Assembly: GCA_963828525.1 (NCBI GenBank)
Contig: CAWHEP010000010.1
Location: 224,001 to 288,000 of the forward strand
DNA from: an uncultured Verrucomicrobiae bacterium
GTDB taxonomy: Bacteria > Verrucomicrobiota > Verrucomicrobiia > Chthoniobacterales > Chthoniobacteraceae
Length of the DNA stretch: 64,000 bases
Reading direction: 5' to 3'
Shown: positions 34,107-45,016 of the stretch, piece after piece
How the letters are laid out: each line of letters begins with the position of its first letter
How positions within the stretch are numbered: position 1 is the first letter of the stretch
Notes under the pieces: generated by a model
What the model was told of the DNA's origin: nothing
What the model saw: only the letters and a program-made list of their open reading frames with translations
The model's database searches: none
Made by a program: the position numbers and the translations under genes

Positions 34107-34862
34107 ATGAAGAAAATAGTCGCAGTTTTTGTCTCACTGCTGTCGCTGGTCGCGATGGCGCTGGATGTCGCGCCCGCCGCGTCGCCGAAATGGAAGCCCT
34201 ACGATAAAAGCCGTCCACGGCCTCCGAAGGCGGAGTTAAAGAGCGAAGCGGAATTGGCGGAATCCGCGAAAGCCCCTCCCGGAGCGGTGATCCTGTTTGA
34301 CGGGAAAGATCTTTCGCAGTGGCAGCCGAGCAAGTGGAAGGTTGCGGACGGGGTGGTGGAGATCGTCCCCGGCGCCGGGTATTTGTATACGAAGGATTCG
34401 TTTGGATCGTGCAAGTTGCACCTGGAATGGCGGACGCCGAATCCGCCGGTGGGCAAAGAGCAGGCGCAGGGGAACAGCGGCGTGTTCATGATGTCGGTGT
34501 ATGAAATTCAAGTTTTGGACAACACGAATAATAACACGTACGCGGATGGGCTTGCCGGCGCGGTGTATGGACAGAACCCTCCAATGTTCGACGCGTGCCG
34601 GCCTTCCGGCGAGTGGAACTACTATGACATCACGTGGCATCGTCCGATTTTCGACGCGAGCGGGAAAGTAGCGAAACCCGCAAGAGTGAGCATCGTATTC
34701 AACGGGGTGAAGGTGCAGGACGAGTTTCCTGTGAACGGCCAGACCGGGCACAACCATGGGAAGGGTTACCCGGCGCACGCGGATAAAATGCCGCTGGGGT
34801 TGCAGGAGCACCATTGTGTGGATCAGTTCCGGAACATCTGGCTGGTCCCCATCGCGGACTAA
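34107..34862 (+). CDS. secreted DUF1080 (3-keto-disaccharide hydrolase-like) protein
   Basis: Signal peptide; LFDGKDL, LHLEW, GNSGV, YEIQVLD, GEWNYYDI, LQEH, FRNIW. Confidence 0.9.
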   Translation: MKKIVAVFVSLLSLVAMALDVAPAASPKWKPYDKSRPRPPKAELKSEAELAESAKAPPGAVILFDGKDLSQWQPSKWKVADGVVEIVPGAGYLYTKDSFGSCKLHLEWRTPNPPVGKEQAQGNSGVFMMSVYEIQVLDNTNNNTYADGLAGAVYGQNPPMFDACRPSGEWNYYDITWHRPIFDASGKVAKPARVSIVFNGVKVQDEFPVNGQTGHNHGKGYPAHADKMPLGLQEHHCVDQFRNIWLVPIAD

Positions 34863-34903
34863 GCGGTCTCAGCTCATTGGCAGAAGTCTCGCAAACAACA
34901 TCC

Positions 34904-35704
34904 ATGTCCTCCCCTATGAATAAGCATCTTGCTGTCGCTGCTGTCCTTGCATCCCTGCTGCCGCTGACGTCCATCGCGCAAACGGCGACCCCCGCGCCAT
35001 CTCCGGGGGGAGCTGTGCTGGGGCGCGAGTTGTGGAAGGTGAATGATCGCGGTCGTCCGCGTCCGCCGAAAGCGGAGCTAAAAAGCGAGGCCGAGCTGGC
35101 TGAGTCGGCAAAGGCCCCGGAGGGAGCGGTAATCCTGTTCGATGGGAAGGATCTTTCGCAGTGGCAGCCGAGCAAATGGAAGGTGGCTGATGGAGTAGTG
35201 GAGATCGTTCCGCACTCCGGATACCTGTACTCAAAGGAGTCTTTTGGTTCGTGCAAGTTGCACCTGGAGTGGCGGACGCAAAACCCGCCGGTCGGGAAGG
35301 ATCAGGGGCAAGGCAACAGCGGCGTTTACATGATGACGCTGTATGAGATGCAGATATTGGATAACACGAATAACCCGACGTATGCCGACGGAATGGCTGG
35401 GGCTGTGTATGGGGAGAATCCTCCGTGGTTTGACGCGTGCAGGCCTTCCGGCGAGTGGAATTACTACGATATCACGTGGCATCGCCCGATATTCGACGCG
35501 GACGGGAAGGTGGTGAAGCGCGCCCGGGTGACGCTAATCTTCAATGGGGTGAAGGTGCAGGACGAGTTTGAATTGACTGGGCCGACCGGGCCTGGACATC
35601 GGCTGCCTTACAAGGCGCATGCAGACAAGATGCCGATCGGGTTGCAGGAGCACCATTGTGTGGATCAGTTCCGGAATATCTGGGTTGTGCCAATCGCGGA
35701 TTGA
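34904..35704 (+). CDS. secreted DUF1080 protein, tandem paralog
   Basis: Same motifs and long near-identical stretches; start at 34904 or 34916. Confidence 0.9.
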   Translation: MSSPMNKHLAVAAVLASLLPLTSIAQTATPAPSPGGAVLGRELWKVNDRGRPRPPKAELKSEAELAESAKAPEGAVILFDGKDLSQWQPSKWKVADGVVEIVPHSGYLYSKESFGSCKLHLEWRTQNPPVGKDQGQGNSGVYMMTLYEMQILDNTNNPTYADGMAGAVYGENPPWFDACRPSGEWNYYDITWHRPIFDADGKVVKRARVTLIFNGVKVQDEFELTGPTGPGHRLPYKAHADKMPIGLQEHHCVDQFRNIWVVPIAD

Positions 35705-35733
35705 CGCGGTGGCGCCGGAAGGGGGCGCGTTTG

Positions 35734-37812
35734 ATGGGTGAATCTTTGCCAGGAGAGTTGCGGCTGGCGCGGGAGGTGGCGGCTCCGATCGGGGTTGGAT
35801 TTCGGACGGACTGGATCGGGCCGACGCTGTTCATCTCGGTCCTGACGGTCTTCCTTTCGATCTGGCATTATGAGGTTTGCCGCTCGCTGACGGCAGCGTG
35901 GGTGTTGCTGTTGGCGTCGATGGGATTGGTGTCGCTGGGATGGGGGGGCATTTTGATGAGGTGTTATCCGGCGTGGCTAAGAAGCGGCGAAGCGCTTGGG
36001 GTTCGATTCGTTACGGGATACTTGCTGGCGAACACTGTGTTGTTCGCGCTATGCATGACGCTGCCGTGCTCGATGATGATGGACGTGGAGATCGTCGGAG
36101 CGGCGGGGCTGGCTCTGGGAGGTATGTGGTGTGTTACACCTCGAACGCGAGGTTGTTTCGCGGAGGATGCCCCGGATTTGGCGGCGCTGGTGATCAGTTG
36201 CGCAGGGGCGGCGCTTTGGTGCGTGGATGCTTTGCATCCAATAGAGGTCACCGGGGGAGCAACGACGTTCCGGTTGTGGAAAGATTGTTTTTTCCACGCG
36301 CGCGAGATCAGCATGTTCGCGCAGGCGCATGGGCTGGGCTCGATTCCAAATTTGCTGCTCTCGGGAGAGCCGACGCCGTTGTATCACTACGCCGGGTATG
36401 TGGCGCCGGGCGCTCTGTCAAATTGGCTGGGGGCCAGCGCGTTTGAGATGCTGACGAGTTTTCAGATGCCTTTTGGCATCCTTCTGGGCGGATTGGGCGC
36501 TTACGCGCTCGGAGGGGCAGCGTGGGGAAAGTGGCCCGGGGTGGCGGGGACTGTCGCGGTGGTTCTGTTGCCCGACGCGTACCAGCAAGGATTTGGAAAC
36601 AAGTTCTTGAGCTACCAATTCCATGAGCAGGCGGCGGTGACGGCGGGGTATGGACTGGCGTGCATGGCGCTGGGATGGATGTTCACGGTGGATGGGTGCA
36701 AGAACGCGAAGCGAGGTTCGGTGCTGCTGGGCTATGTATTCGCGGCAATATGCGTTGCTTACAAAGCGCATCTGTTTGTCGCGAACGCGTGCCTGATCCT
36801 CATCTACCCGGCGTTCTTTTTCGCGGGATTGAAAATGAGCTCGCGGGCGCTGATCGGCGCGCTGCTGGCGAGTCTTTTTCTCTATGTTGTTTCGGTGTCG
36901 CAGCGCGTCGGGGGAGTGCCCACGCTGCGGCTGGATGGGAGCTACGCGAAGGTTTACTCAGGCATTTTGTTGTATAGCTACGACACGGGATTCTGGAAAA
37001 GATTCTTCCTGTGGGCACTTGGTGGACAAACCGGGATGAGCCTGGATGCAAGACTGGGCGCGATGATCCTGGTATCCACGTTTGGGCTATGGCTGCTGGC
37101 GTGTCCGGCGGCGTGGTTGATGTTGAGAAAACGCGCGCATCCGGCGGTTTTGTTTTTGCCGCTCTTTGTCGTGGCGAATTACGTCCTGATGGGGGTGGGG
37201 CTCGCGGGGGACGCGAGCGGGAAATGGAACGCGGAAGAGTTACTAAATCGCCCGCTGATCTGGGCGTATTTCGCGGTGGCGGCGTGGACGGGAGCGGGGC
37301 TGTACGCGGCGCTGGTGGGGAGTGGGGGACCGAAAGGAACGGCAGGCCGCGTGGTGGCATTCGCTTGCGCGGCAGGATGCATGGCGTGGCCGATGCGGTT
37401 AGCGCCAAAGCTTCAGACGATGCCGGCATGGAGCAGCTCGGCCGACTGGAAAATCTTCAATACGGCGCCGACCGCGGCCGTGGAAGCCTGCAAGTATATC
37501 CGGACGCACAGCGTCGCGTCCGATGTGGTTCAGGATTCTGAGTGCGACCCTACGTTGATGGTGACGGGGTTGTCGGAAAGGCAGGAGTTTGTCGCGACGC
37601 CCGGCAAGGATGGGGAGGGGGCGCGGCGCAGGGAGGAATTGAGCAAGCTCGCCGGGATGACAGATGAGCGCCGGATCGATGCGTTCGCGGCGCGGCATCG
37701 AATCGGGTGGTTTTTGCTGAGACCGGAGACGAGGGTCTCATGGCCTGACGCGACGCTGCAGAAAACGGTGTTCCAGTCGGGTGGGTATCGCGTGCTACGA
37801 TTACTGAGGTGA
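35734..37812 (+). CDS. polytopic membrane protein (possibly GT-C-like)
   Basis: Many hydrophobic segments; DCFFH and YHY motifs in a loop; soluble C-terminal domain. Confidence 0.7.
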   Translation: MGESLPGELRLAREVAAPIGVGFRTDWIGPTLFISVLTVFLSIWHYEVCRSLTAAWVLLLASMGLVSLGWGGILMRCYPAWLRSGEALGVRFVTGYLLANTVLFALCMTLPCSMMMDVEIVGAAGLALGGMWCVTPRTRGCFAEDAPDLAALVISCAGAALWCVDALHPIEVTGGATTFRLWKDCFFHAREISMFAQAHGLGSIPNLLLSGEPTPLYHYAGYVAPGALSNWLGASAFEMLTSFQMPFGILLGGLGAYALGGAAWGKWPGVAGTVAVVLLPDAYQQGFGNKFLSYQFHEQAAVTAGYGLACMALGWMFTVDGCKNAKRGSVLLGYVFAAICVAYKAHLFVANACLILIYPAFFFAGLKMSSRALIGALLASLFLYVVSVSQRVGGVPTLRLDGSYAKVYSGILLYSYDTGFWKRFFLWALGGQTGMSLDARLGAMILVSTFGLWLLACPAAWLMLRKRAHPAVLFLPLFVVANYVLMGVGLAGDASGKWNAEELLNRPLIWAYFAVAAWTGAGLYAALVGSGGPKGTAGRVVAFACAAGCMAWPMRLAPKLQTMPAWSSSADWKIFNTAPTAAVEACKYIRTHSVASDVVQDSECDPTLMVTGLSERQEFVATPGKDGEGARRREELSKLAGMTDERRIDAFAARHRIGWFLLRPETRVSWPDATLQKTVFQSGGYRVLRLLR

Positions 37813-40342
37813 CGCTACAGGAATTGATGAGGCCCGGCGGGGAAACAGGGAATGACGTCCTGCTTGACCGGTTTCTTGATTACACGCAGGGGAAGCGGCT
37901 GGAGCTTTATCCGGCGCAGGAGACCGCGATGCTGGAATTGTATGAGGAAAAGAATGTCATCCTGAACACGCCCACTGGTTCAGGCAAATCGCTGGTGGCG
38001 ACCGCGTTGCATTTCAAGGCGACGGCGCAGGGGAAACGGTCTGTCTATACGTGCCCAATCAAGGCGCTGGTGAACGAGAAGTGGCTCGCGTTATGCCGGG
38101 AATTCGGACCGGAGAACGTGGGACTGAGCACGGGCGACGCGACTGTGAACAGAGAGGCTCCGATCCTCTGTTGCACGGCGGAAATCCTAGCGAACATCGC
38201 GTTACGGGAGGGGGCAGACGCGCGCGTGGATGACGTAATCATGGACGAGTTCCACTATTATAGCGACCGCGATCGGGGGGTGGCCTGGCAGACGCCGCTT
38301 CTGACTTTGCGGAAAGCAAGGTTCCTCCTGATGTCCGCCACGATAGGGGAAACATCGTTCTTCGCGGAGGCGTTGACTCGATTAAACGGGAAGGAAACGG
38401 CAGTCGTTCAATCGAATAACCGCCCGGTGCCGCTGGAGTATTCATACGCTGAGACGCCGCTGGCAGTGACGCTGGAGGGCCTGGTCGCGGGTGGCAAGTC
38501 TCCCGTGTACGTGGCGCATTTCACGCAGATGGAGGCGGCGCAAAGCGCGCAGGATTTCACCAGCGTAAATGTCGCGACGAAAGAGAGAGAAAGCGGCAAT
38601 CGCGCGGGAGATCGAAGGGTTCAAGTTCCGGAGTCTGTACGGGCCGGAGATCAAGAGATGGCTGCGGCATGGGATAGGGCTGCACCATGCGGGATTACTG
38701 CCGAAATATCGGGTGCTGGCGGAGAAACTGGCGCAAAAAGGCCTGCTGAAGGTGATTTGCGGAACGGACACGCTGGGAGTCGGGATCAACGTGCCCATAC
38801 GGACGGTGTTATTCACCAGGCTGTGCAAGTATGATGGGCAAAAGACTGGCATCCTGAGCGCGCGCGATTTTCACCAGATCGCCGGACGGGCCGGGAGGAA
38901 GGGGTTCGACGAGAACGGCTGGGTCGTGGCGCAGGCGCCGGAACACGCGATTGAGAATCTGCAACTGGAGCAGAAGCAGGCGAGGGATGGAAAGAAGTTC
39001 GTGAAACGGAAGCCGCCTGAGAAGAACTATGTGAATTGGGACGCGGCCACATTCAGCCGGCTCATCGGAGCGCCTCCGGAGCGGCTGACAAGCAGTTTCC
39101 AGGTGACGCATGGCATGTTGCTAAATGTGCTGTCGCGCAAAGGGGACGGGTGCGCGGCGATGCGTCGATTGATCGCGGAAAGCCACGAGACGCCGAAAGC
39201 AAAGAAAGCGCACATGAGACGGGGATGGCAGCTTTTCCGCGCTCTTGTCGAGAGGAAGATCGTCGAGTTCATACCCGTTTCGGAGGAAGGGGCGAGCCTG
39301 CGGGTGAACCTGGATTTGCAGGATGATTTCTCCATGAACCAGACGCTGTCGCTGTATCTGCTGGACACGATTCCGTTGATTGACCCGCAATCGGCAGACT
39401 ACTCGCTGGTGGTGCTTTCGCTGGTGGAGTCTGTGCTGGATGATCCGGACATCATCCTGCGCAAGCAACTGGACAGGGTGAAGACCGACGCGGTGGCGGA
39501 GATGAAGGCTCGCGGGGTGCCGTATGAAGAGCGCATGGAGGAACTGGAGAAGCTGGAATACCCGAAGCCAAACAGGGAGTTCATCTATTCGACCTTCAAC
39601 GCTTTCGCGGCAAGGCATCCATGGGTGGGGACGGAGAATATCCGTCCGAAATCGATCGCGCGAGAGATGTTCGAACAGTTCCGATCATTCGGCGATTACA
39701 TAAAGGACTATGATTTGCAGAGGGCGGAAGGGGCGCTGCTGAGGCACCTCTCGGGCGTACACAAGGCAATGCGGCAGACTGTGCCGGAGAAGGCAAAGGA
39801 TGAGGGCCTGCGTGAGATGGAGATGTATTTGGGAGCGATGTTGAGGCAGGTGGACTCGAGTTTGCTGGATGAATGGGAGAAGATGCGAGACCCGGATTTC
39901 GAGGCGGGCCGAGCAGCCGGAGGCGCGGCCCGGAGGCGCGGAGCGAGCGGACATCACGCGGGATGCGAAGGGGTTCACATCAGCGATCCGAACGCGGGTG
40001 TTCATGTTTTTGCGCGGGGTGGTGATGGAAGATTGGGAGCAAGCGCTCGAGTCGCTGGTTTCCACGGAGGAAGGGGAGCAGTGGACGGCGGGCCGGCTGC
40101 GGGATGCTGTGGCGGGGTATCTAGCGGGTCACCAGCGGATAATGCTGGATCCTGAAGCGCGAAACTCGCGGCATACGTACGTGACTGTGTCGGAGGACAA
40201 GCGGGAGTGGAAAGTGCAGCAGATGCTGGTAGACCCCGAGGGTCACAACGACTGGGTGGCGGAGTTCCAGGTTGATTTGGCGGCGTCGCGGGCGACGGGC
40301 GAGCCGGTGATGAGGCTGACGCGGTTTGGGGGGTTGGTGTAG
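37809..40342 (+). CDS. DEAD/DEAH-box helicase, DUF3516 family; indels near 38590 and 39910
   Basis: [73 protein letters not shown]. Confidence 0.92.
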
Positions 40343-40349
40343 GGGTTTG

Positions 40350-43300
40350 CTATTTTGGGTGGGGGAGGAGTTTTGTGATGGCGGCGGCTATTTCGTTTTC
40401 GCCATCGGGGGTGTAGCCTGTTTTGACCCATGCGACTTTGCCGTCGGAGCCCACGATGATTGTCTGAGGAATGGAGTCAATGCCGTAGAGGCGGCCAACT
40501 GTCTGGGTGGTGTCCATGGCGACCGTGAGTTTCCAACCGCGGGTTTCGAGGAATTGCTTAACCTGGGCGGGGGGCTCTCCCTGGTTGATGCCGATGAGTT
40601 GAACCTTGTCGGGAGGGAATTGTTGCATGGAGGCGATCAAGCCGGGAAGCGAGCGGACGCACGGGCCGCACCAGGTGGCCCAAAAGTCGAGGACGGTAAT
40701 TTTTCCGCGTTGTGTGGAGAGATCAAACTCACCGGTGGCGAGGAGCGGGAGTTTGAAGGGTTTGGCGTCTTTGCCGAGCGCGGGAGAGGTTTCGCCGCCA
40801 GCGTCAGGGATGATCGGCTCGGGAGCATAGACGAGTTGCCAGTCGCGCAGCGCATTCATGGAGGGACTCGGCGCCGGGGGCGAGTTGCGGATGATGTAAA
40901 CGTCGCGAGTGGGGACTTCAAAGCGGCCGTAAATGGGGTGAGTACCGGTGATCAGATCGGGACCAAACGACTGGACGGCAAGCGGGAAACGAGCCCCGTT
41001 GGCGAGGAGCAGCCAATGTGTGGGCGAGCCGAGGGAGCCACCGAAATCCGAAGCGAGGAGGGCCTCAAGTTTTGTGTGAGCCTCCGGCGAGTTGGTCATG
41101 GTGAGCTGGGCTCCTCGCGGCTGCCATTCGGCGGAAGCGCCAGATGGGAAAGGGATCCCCTTGGCGGCGAGAAGTTCCCTTGCGGAGGCAGCAGCAGGCA
41201 GCGCGTTCGGTTTCAACCAATACAATTTAGTTAAAAGGCCGGAAGGGGCTTGGGAGAGGCGTTGAAAGACGATAGTGCCAATGGTCGCGGGATCGCCGGC
41301 ATAATCGATGAAGTAGCGGAGGCTGTAGAGCCTGCAAATGAGGTCAAGTTCATCCTGGACGGTCATGCTCGGCGTCACTCGAAACGTGACGGGTTTGGAA
41401 TCATCGGGTTGGGGAACGTTGAATTTCAGCTCGGGAAAGTCGTGTTTAAGCGAGAGCATTAAGAATCCGGAGGTAGCGCCCGAGATGAATTTTGGGCGCA
41501 ACAGCTTACGATCGAGCAGCGCTTGCATCGCGGTTTTTTGGGCAGGAGGGGGAGCGGCGCCTTCCGGCGGTTTTTTGAGCCAGATGGCGGCTGTGACCCG
41601 GTCCCTCGGGATGGTGAATGTCTCGAGGCCAGAGCGGAAGGCGAAGTCGCTCGCGGTGGCTGCCTCGATCTCACCTCGAAGAAGGTCGCCATTGGGGCCC
41701 AGGATTGCGTGCTTTGGCGGGTCGTCCCTGCGGAAGCGGGGCACCGTAAGTGTCTGGCTCTTCGTTTCCTGGTTAATGTCCGGCACGGGGGCGTGACCCG
41801 GAGAAGAATCGGCGGAGAAATCGGCAAGAACGATCTTAGTGGCGCCGTTGCCAAAGACTCCGGCGGGTTCAATGATCAAACCCGCGCCTGCCCGGCTTGC
41901 GGGCGGGATCGGCAGAGACTGCGCGAGCATGCCGTTGACGAAGAGATCGATGCTGCTGTCGAGGAGAACCAGCCGGATGGGAATCTTGCCAGGGCGGACG
42001 CGCGTGTCTGCGCGGGGGTCCAACTGCCCGCTGGTTGTTTCCAAGCCCGTGTAGAGCAACTGGCCGATGCGAGCGAGGAGAAGATTGACGGATTTGGCGG
42101 GATCGGTGCCGTCACAAAACATGCGGAGGCGGACGGTGGAAAAATTATCGGTCGCAATGGAGAAATGTATTTCGCTCGATTGCATCACGCGCGCGCTGCC
42201 GATGGCGGTCTCCGGATCCATGGTGAGGGTGCCGTTCGACCGCTTCACGGTGTTGGCGTCGCCCTTTAGCAGGCGCCACGCGGGATCGTCGAAGCTGGAT
42301 ATGGGCGCGTTCGCGCTGGCTGTGAACTGGATGGCGTCCAAAGCTGAGGCGGGGAGAGACTTGAAGCTCGCGACGGTGGAGTCGAACTCAACGACGGACT
42401 GATCCATCCCCCGGAGGGTCCCGGGCAGGACGTCGCCCGCGGCGGTGTAAAGAAGCGAAGGGCAAGCGGTGATCGGGGTGTGGGGCGGGAAGGCGCGCGT
42501 GATCTCGAAGGGCAGAAGCTTTGCGGGAAGCGAGGGTGTGACGGCTCCGGGAGCGAGCCAGCGAGGCGAGGCGTCGCCCGCGTTCACGAGATTGCCGTGG
42601 ATCGTGACGCCGCGGATGTGGAGGGTGTCGAGGGTCGCCGGGGGAACCTGGGCGGGCGCGCTGCCCGAGGTAATCCGCATGTGGCGGAGGCCATCCAGCT
42701 TCGTAGAAAAAGGCTCCGCCGTGAAGGAAGTGTCGAGTGCCGCGACGCCCGCTTTTATAGAGCGGATACGTCCGTTTAGAAACGAGCCATCTGAGAAATC
42801 CAGCGTCTCCGCAGATGGGGCGAGCGGCGTGGGATCCGTGGAGAAGATAATGGCGTCAACGTCGGCAAGGGGAAAATTCTGCGGGGCGGCTGTCCCGGAA
42901 AGCTGGAAGGTGAAGCTTGTTGCAGCGGATCCGCTCGTGATCGCTCCTGGAAGCACACGCGCGTCGGCCATCTCCACGCGAGGAAGGCGGCTGTCCACCC
43001 TGGGCGGGGCTTTGCCATCCCAGGCGCACAGCCGGAAGAAATCGAGGGTAAGATCCCGCTCCTTATTTTGCAGGGCGATGCCTTTCGGGAGGGGCATCGC
43101 TTCATCCGGCGCGTCCCACTCGGCGAGGGGTTCCCCTGCCGGGCTGAAGATGGAGCAATGCCGGGTCGCGGCATCCCAACAGACGCGCAAAGCTACTTCG
43201 CGCTGCTCGGGGGTGAGTTTGCAGATTGCCTTGAAATGATCTCCCGTGCTGACCACGAGATCTTCGTCCCACGTTTCAAGAATGAGACCCTGTTTTGCCC

Positions 43301-44006
43301 CGGCATTCAGGGAGATCCTGAAATCCGGACGGATGGAGGAATGGACGCGGAATTCAAGATCGAGGCGTTGAGGAAGATTTATCGCGTATGAGGCGGAGCG
43401 ATTCCAATAGGGCAGCCGCAGAGCTCCGAACGCGCCGGATTCGAGCTGCGGGATATTCGGGGCGGGTCGCGTGTTCTGCCTTTCGGCCGCCATGTTAGGA
43501 TCGTTGGTAGTGACCGCCCAACCGGCATCTCCCGCAGGGCCGGCCGCGAGGAGGTTGCCGCCTTTAATACGGCGGGCGCTCAGCACCTGGGAACGGGAGA
43601 GCGCAACGTCTCCATTACGCGCGCTACGGATAGAGATTGCTTGATCGGTAATCGCGATGATGTCGCCCCGGATATTGCCGCCATCCTTCAGGACGATGAG
43701 GAACGGCTCGGAGGAGGGGAGAGAAGGGAGTGGCTGATCGATCCGGTGAATGGCCTCCCAACGGAGGACGAGTTGATCTTCGAAGAGGGGGCTCTTCCAA
43801 GAGAGACTTTCGGCGGAAGCCTCGGAGAGCTGGCCTTCAAGGGACTCACCGTTTGGCCATGTCAGCTTCGGAGTGGGCGGTGGCGCAACTTTTTGGACTC
43901 TGACAACAGGGTTGACGGGGACGCGGGCCTTTTGGCCCGTATGCAAACACAGCAGGCAAAGGAGGATGTACGCGTAATTCGAAAGGAAATCCTCTATAGT
44001 CATCAT
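40350..44006 (-). CDS. large exported protein with C-terminal TlpA-like thioredoxin domain
   Basis: C-terminal VLDFWATWCGPC...YGIDSIPQT; repeated beta-rich L.NG/DG modules. Confidence 0.8.
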   Translation of the reverse strand: MMTIEDFLSNYAYILLCLLCLHTGQKARVPVNPVVRVQKVAPPPTPKLTWPNGESLEGQLSEASAESLSWKSPLFEDQLVLRWEAIHRIDQPLPSLPSSEPFLIVLKDGGNIRGDIIAITDQAISIRSARNGDVALSRSQVLSARRIKGGNLLAAGPAGDAGWAVTTNDPNMAAERQNTRPAPNIPQLESGAFGALRLPYWNRSASYAINLPQRLDLEFRVHSSIRPDFRISLNAGAKQGLILETWDEDLVVSTGDHFKAICKLTPEQREVALRVCWDAATRHCSIFSPAGEPLAEWDAPDEAMPLPKGIALQNKERDLTLDFFRLCAWDGKAPPRVDSRLPRVEMADARVLPGAITSGSAATSFTFQLSGTAAPQNFPLADVDAIIFSTDPTPLAPSAETLDFSDGSFLNGRIRSIKAGVAALDTSFTAEPFSTKLDGLRHMRITSGSAPAQVPPATLDTLHIRGVTIHGNLVNAGDASPRWLAPGAVTPSLPAKLLPFEITRAFPPHTPITACPSLLYTAAGDVLPGTLRGMDQSVVEFDSTVASFKSLPASALDAIQFTASANAPISSFDDPAWRLLKGDANTVKRSNGTLTMDPETAIGSARVMQSSEIHFSIATDNFSTVRLRMFCDGTDPAKSVNLLLARIGQLLYTGLETTSGQLDPRADTRVRPGKIPIRLVLLDSSIDLFVNGMLAQSLPIPPASRAGAGLIIEPAGVFGNGATKIVLADFSADSSPGHAPVPDINQETKSQTLTVPRFRRDDPPKHAILGPNGDLLRGEIEAATASDFAFRSGLETFTIPRDRVTAAIWLKKPPEGAAPPPAQKTAMQALLDRKLLRPKFISGATSGFLMLSLKHDFPELKFNVPQPDDSKPVTFRVTPSMTVQDELDLICRLYSLRYFIDYAGDPATIGTIVFQRLSQAPSGLLTKLYWLKPNALPAAASARELLAAKGIPFPSGASAEWQPRGAQLTMTNSPEAHTKLEALLASDFGGSLGSPTHWLLLANGARFPLAVQSFGPDLITGTHPIYGRFEVPTRDVYIIRNSPPAPSPSMNALRDWQLVYAPEPIIPDAGGETSPALGKDAKPFKLPLLATGEFDLSTQRGKITVLDFWATWCGPCVRSLPGLIASMQQFPPDKVQLIGINQGEPPAQVKQFLETRGWKLTVAMDTTQTVGRLYGIDSIPQTIIVGSDGKVAWVKTGYTPDGENEIAAAITKLLPHPK

Positions 44007-45016
44007 CGCTCGTAGATCGGGAGGAAGCGATAGTTGAGGGCGAGACCGAGAAGAGACATGCCAGTGCCGTAGGGCCCTCCGGAGAAGGAGCCATCCTCCC
44101 TTTGCAGTTCGCGCAGCTCCCTTATTTTACCTGCGTTCCACTTTTGCCACGCGGCATAATCGCCTTGGAAAAGGGCCTGCGCGGTGTAGTAGCGGTTGTA
44201 TTCCACGTATGTGCCCGCTTCGTGGTAATCGAGATTTTCGACGAGGCGCTTGAGACAAGCTTTGAACTGATCGGTTTCCTTTGTTTTGGAGACGGCGCTG
44301 ACCAGGGCGCAAATGGCGGTGAGATTCATGGAACCGCCCATGCCACCGAAGCCGCCGGAATAGGCGACGGAGCCATCCTTTCCCGTGCTGCGGCGCATGT
44401 AATCGAGGGCTCCGTTGACGGTATCATCGGGGACGTCCATGCCGGCGTTGCGCGCGGCGAGAAGGCCCATGAGGATGGCCCCTGTAACGGAGGTATCGGC
44501 GTCGGAGGCATCCGGGGAGTAACGCCAAGCGTTCAACCGATTGTTTTTGGCGGAGGTGGCGGCGCAACGGATGGCGAGGTCAAGAGCGCGGGCGATGCTT
44601 CGCGGTGGTTTGTCACCGCCCCAGACCAGCGATTCATCGACCGCGCCATAAGCCTCGGAGAGAGCCAGCATGGCAAAGCCATGGTGGTACATGCTGTTGG
44701 GAAGGTAGCCGGTTTTCTCATCCTGCTGGCTGATGATGGAGCGGATCGCGCGGCGAACGGTGGAAGCATAGCGCCCGTAATTGGGATCTTCGCCGCTGGC
44801 CAGGAAAGCCATGAGGCAGATGCCATCGACCCCGCAGCCCTGGTTGCCTTCCTTCCACGCTCCGTCCGGGGCTTGAGCCGCAGCCAGCCATGTGAGTCCA
44901 CGCTCATAAATGGCATCGACATCGGAAGAGACCTGGGTCCCGAAGCGGAGGCTCGGATCCTGGGCGGAAGCGGCAGCCGCGGAAAGCAGGAGGACAAGAA
45001 ACAGGCGGAGTTTCAT
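44003..45016 (-). CDS. secreted prenyltransferase/squalene-oxidase-repeat protein
   Basis: Signal peptide; GLTWL..AQ..DGAW, MYHHGFA, WRYSP..DADTSVT, Q.EDGSF. Confidence 0.85.
   Translation of the reverse strand: MKLRLFLVLLLSAAAASAQDPSLRFGTQVSSDVDAIYERGLTWLAAAQAPDGAWKEGNQGCGVDGICLMAFLASGEDPNYGRYASTVRRAIRSIISQQDEKTGYLPNSMYHHGFAMLALSEAYGAVDESLVWGGDKPPRSIARALDLAIRCAATSAKNNRLNAWRYSPDASDADTSVTGAILMGLLAARNAGMDVPDDTVNGALDYMRRSTGKDGSVAYSGGFGGMGGSMNLTAICALVSAVSKTKETDQFKACLKRLVENLDYHEAGTYVEYNRYYTAQALFQGDYAAWQKWNAGKIRELRELQREDGSFSGGPYGTGMSLLGLALNYRFLPIYER

Noticed and set aside
44003..45016. Squalene-hopene cyclase / terpene biosynthesis
   Set aside because: Only 337 aa, has a signal peptide and lacks DXDD; it is a repeat-domain protein
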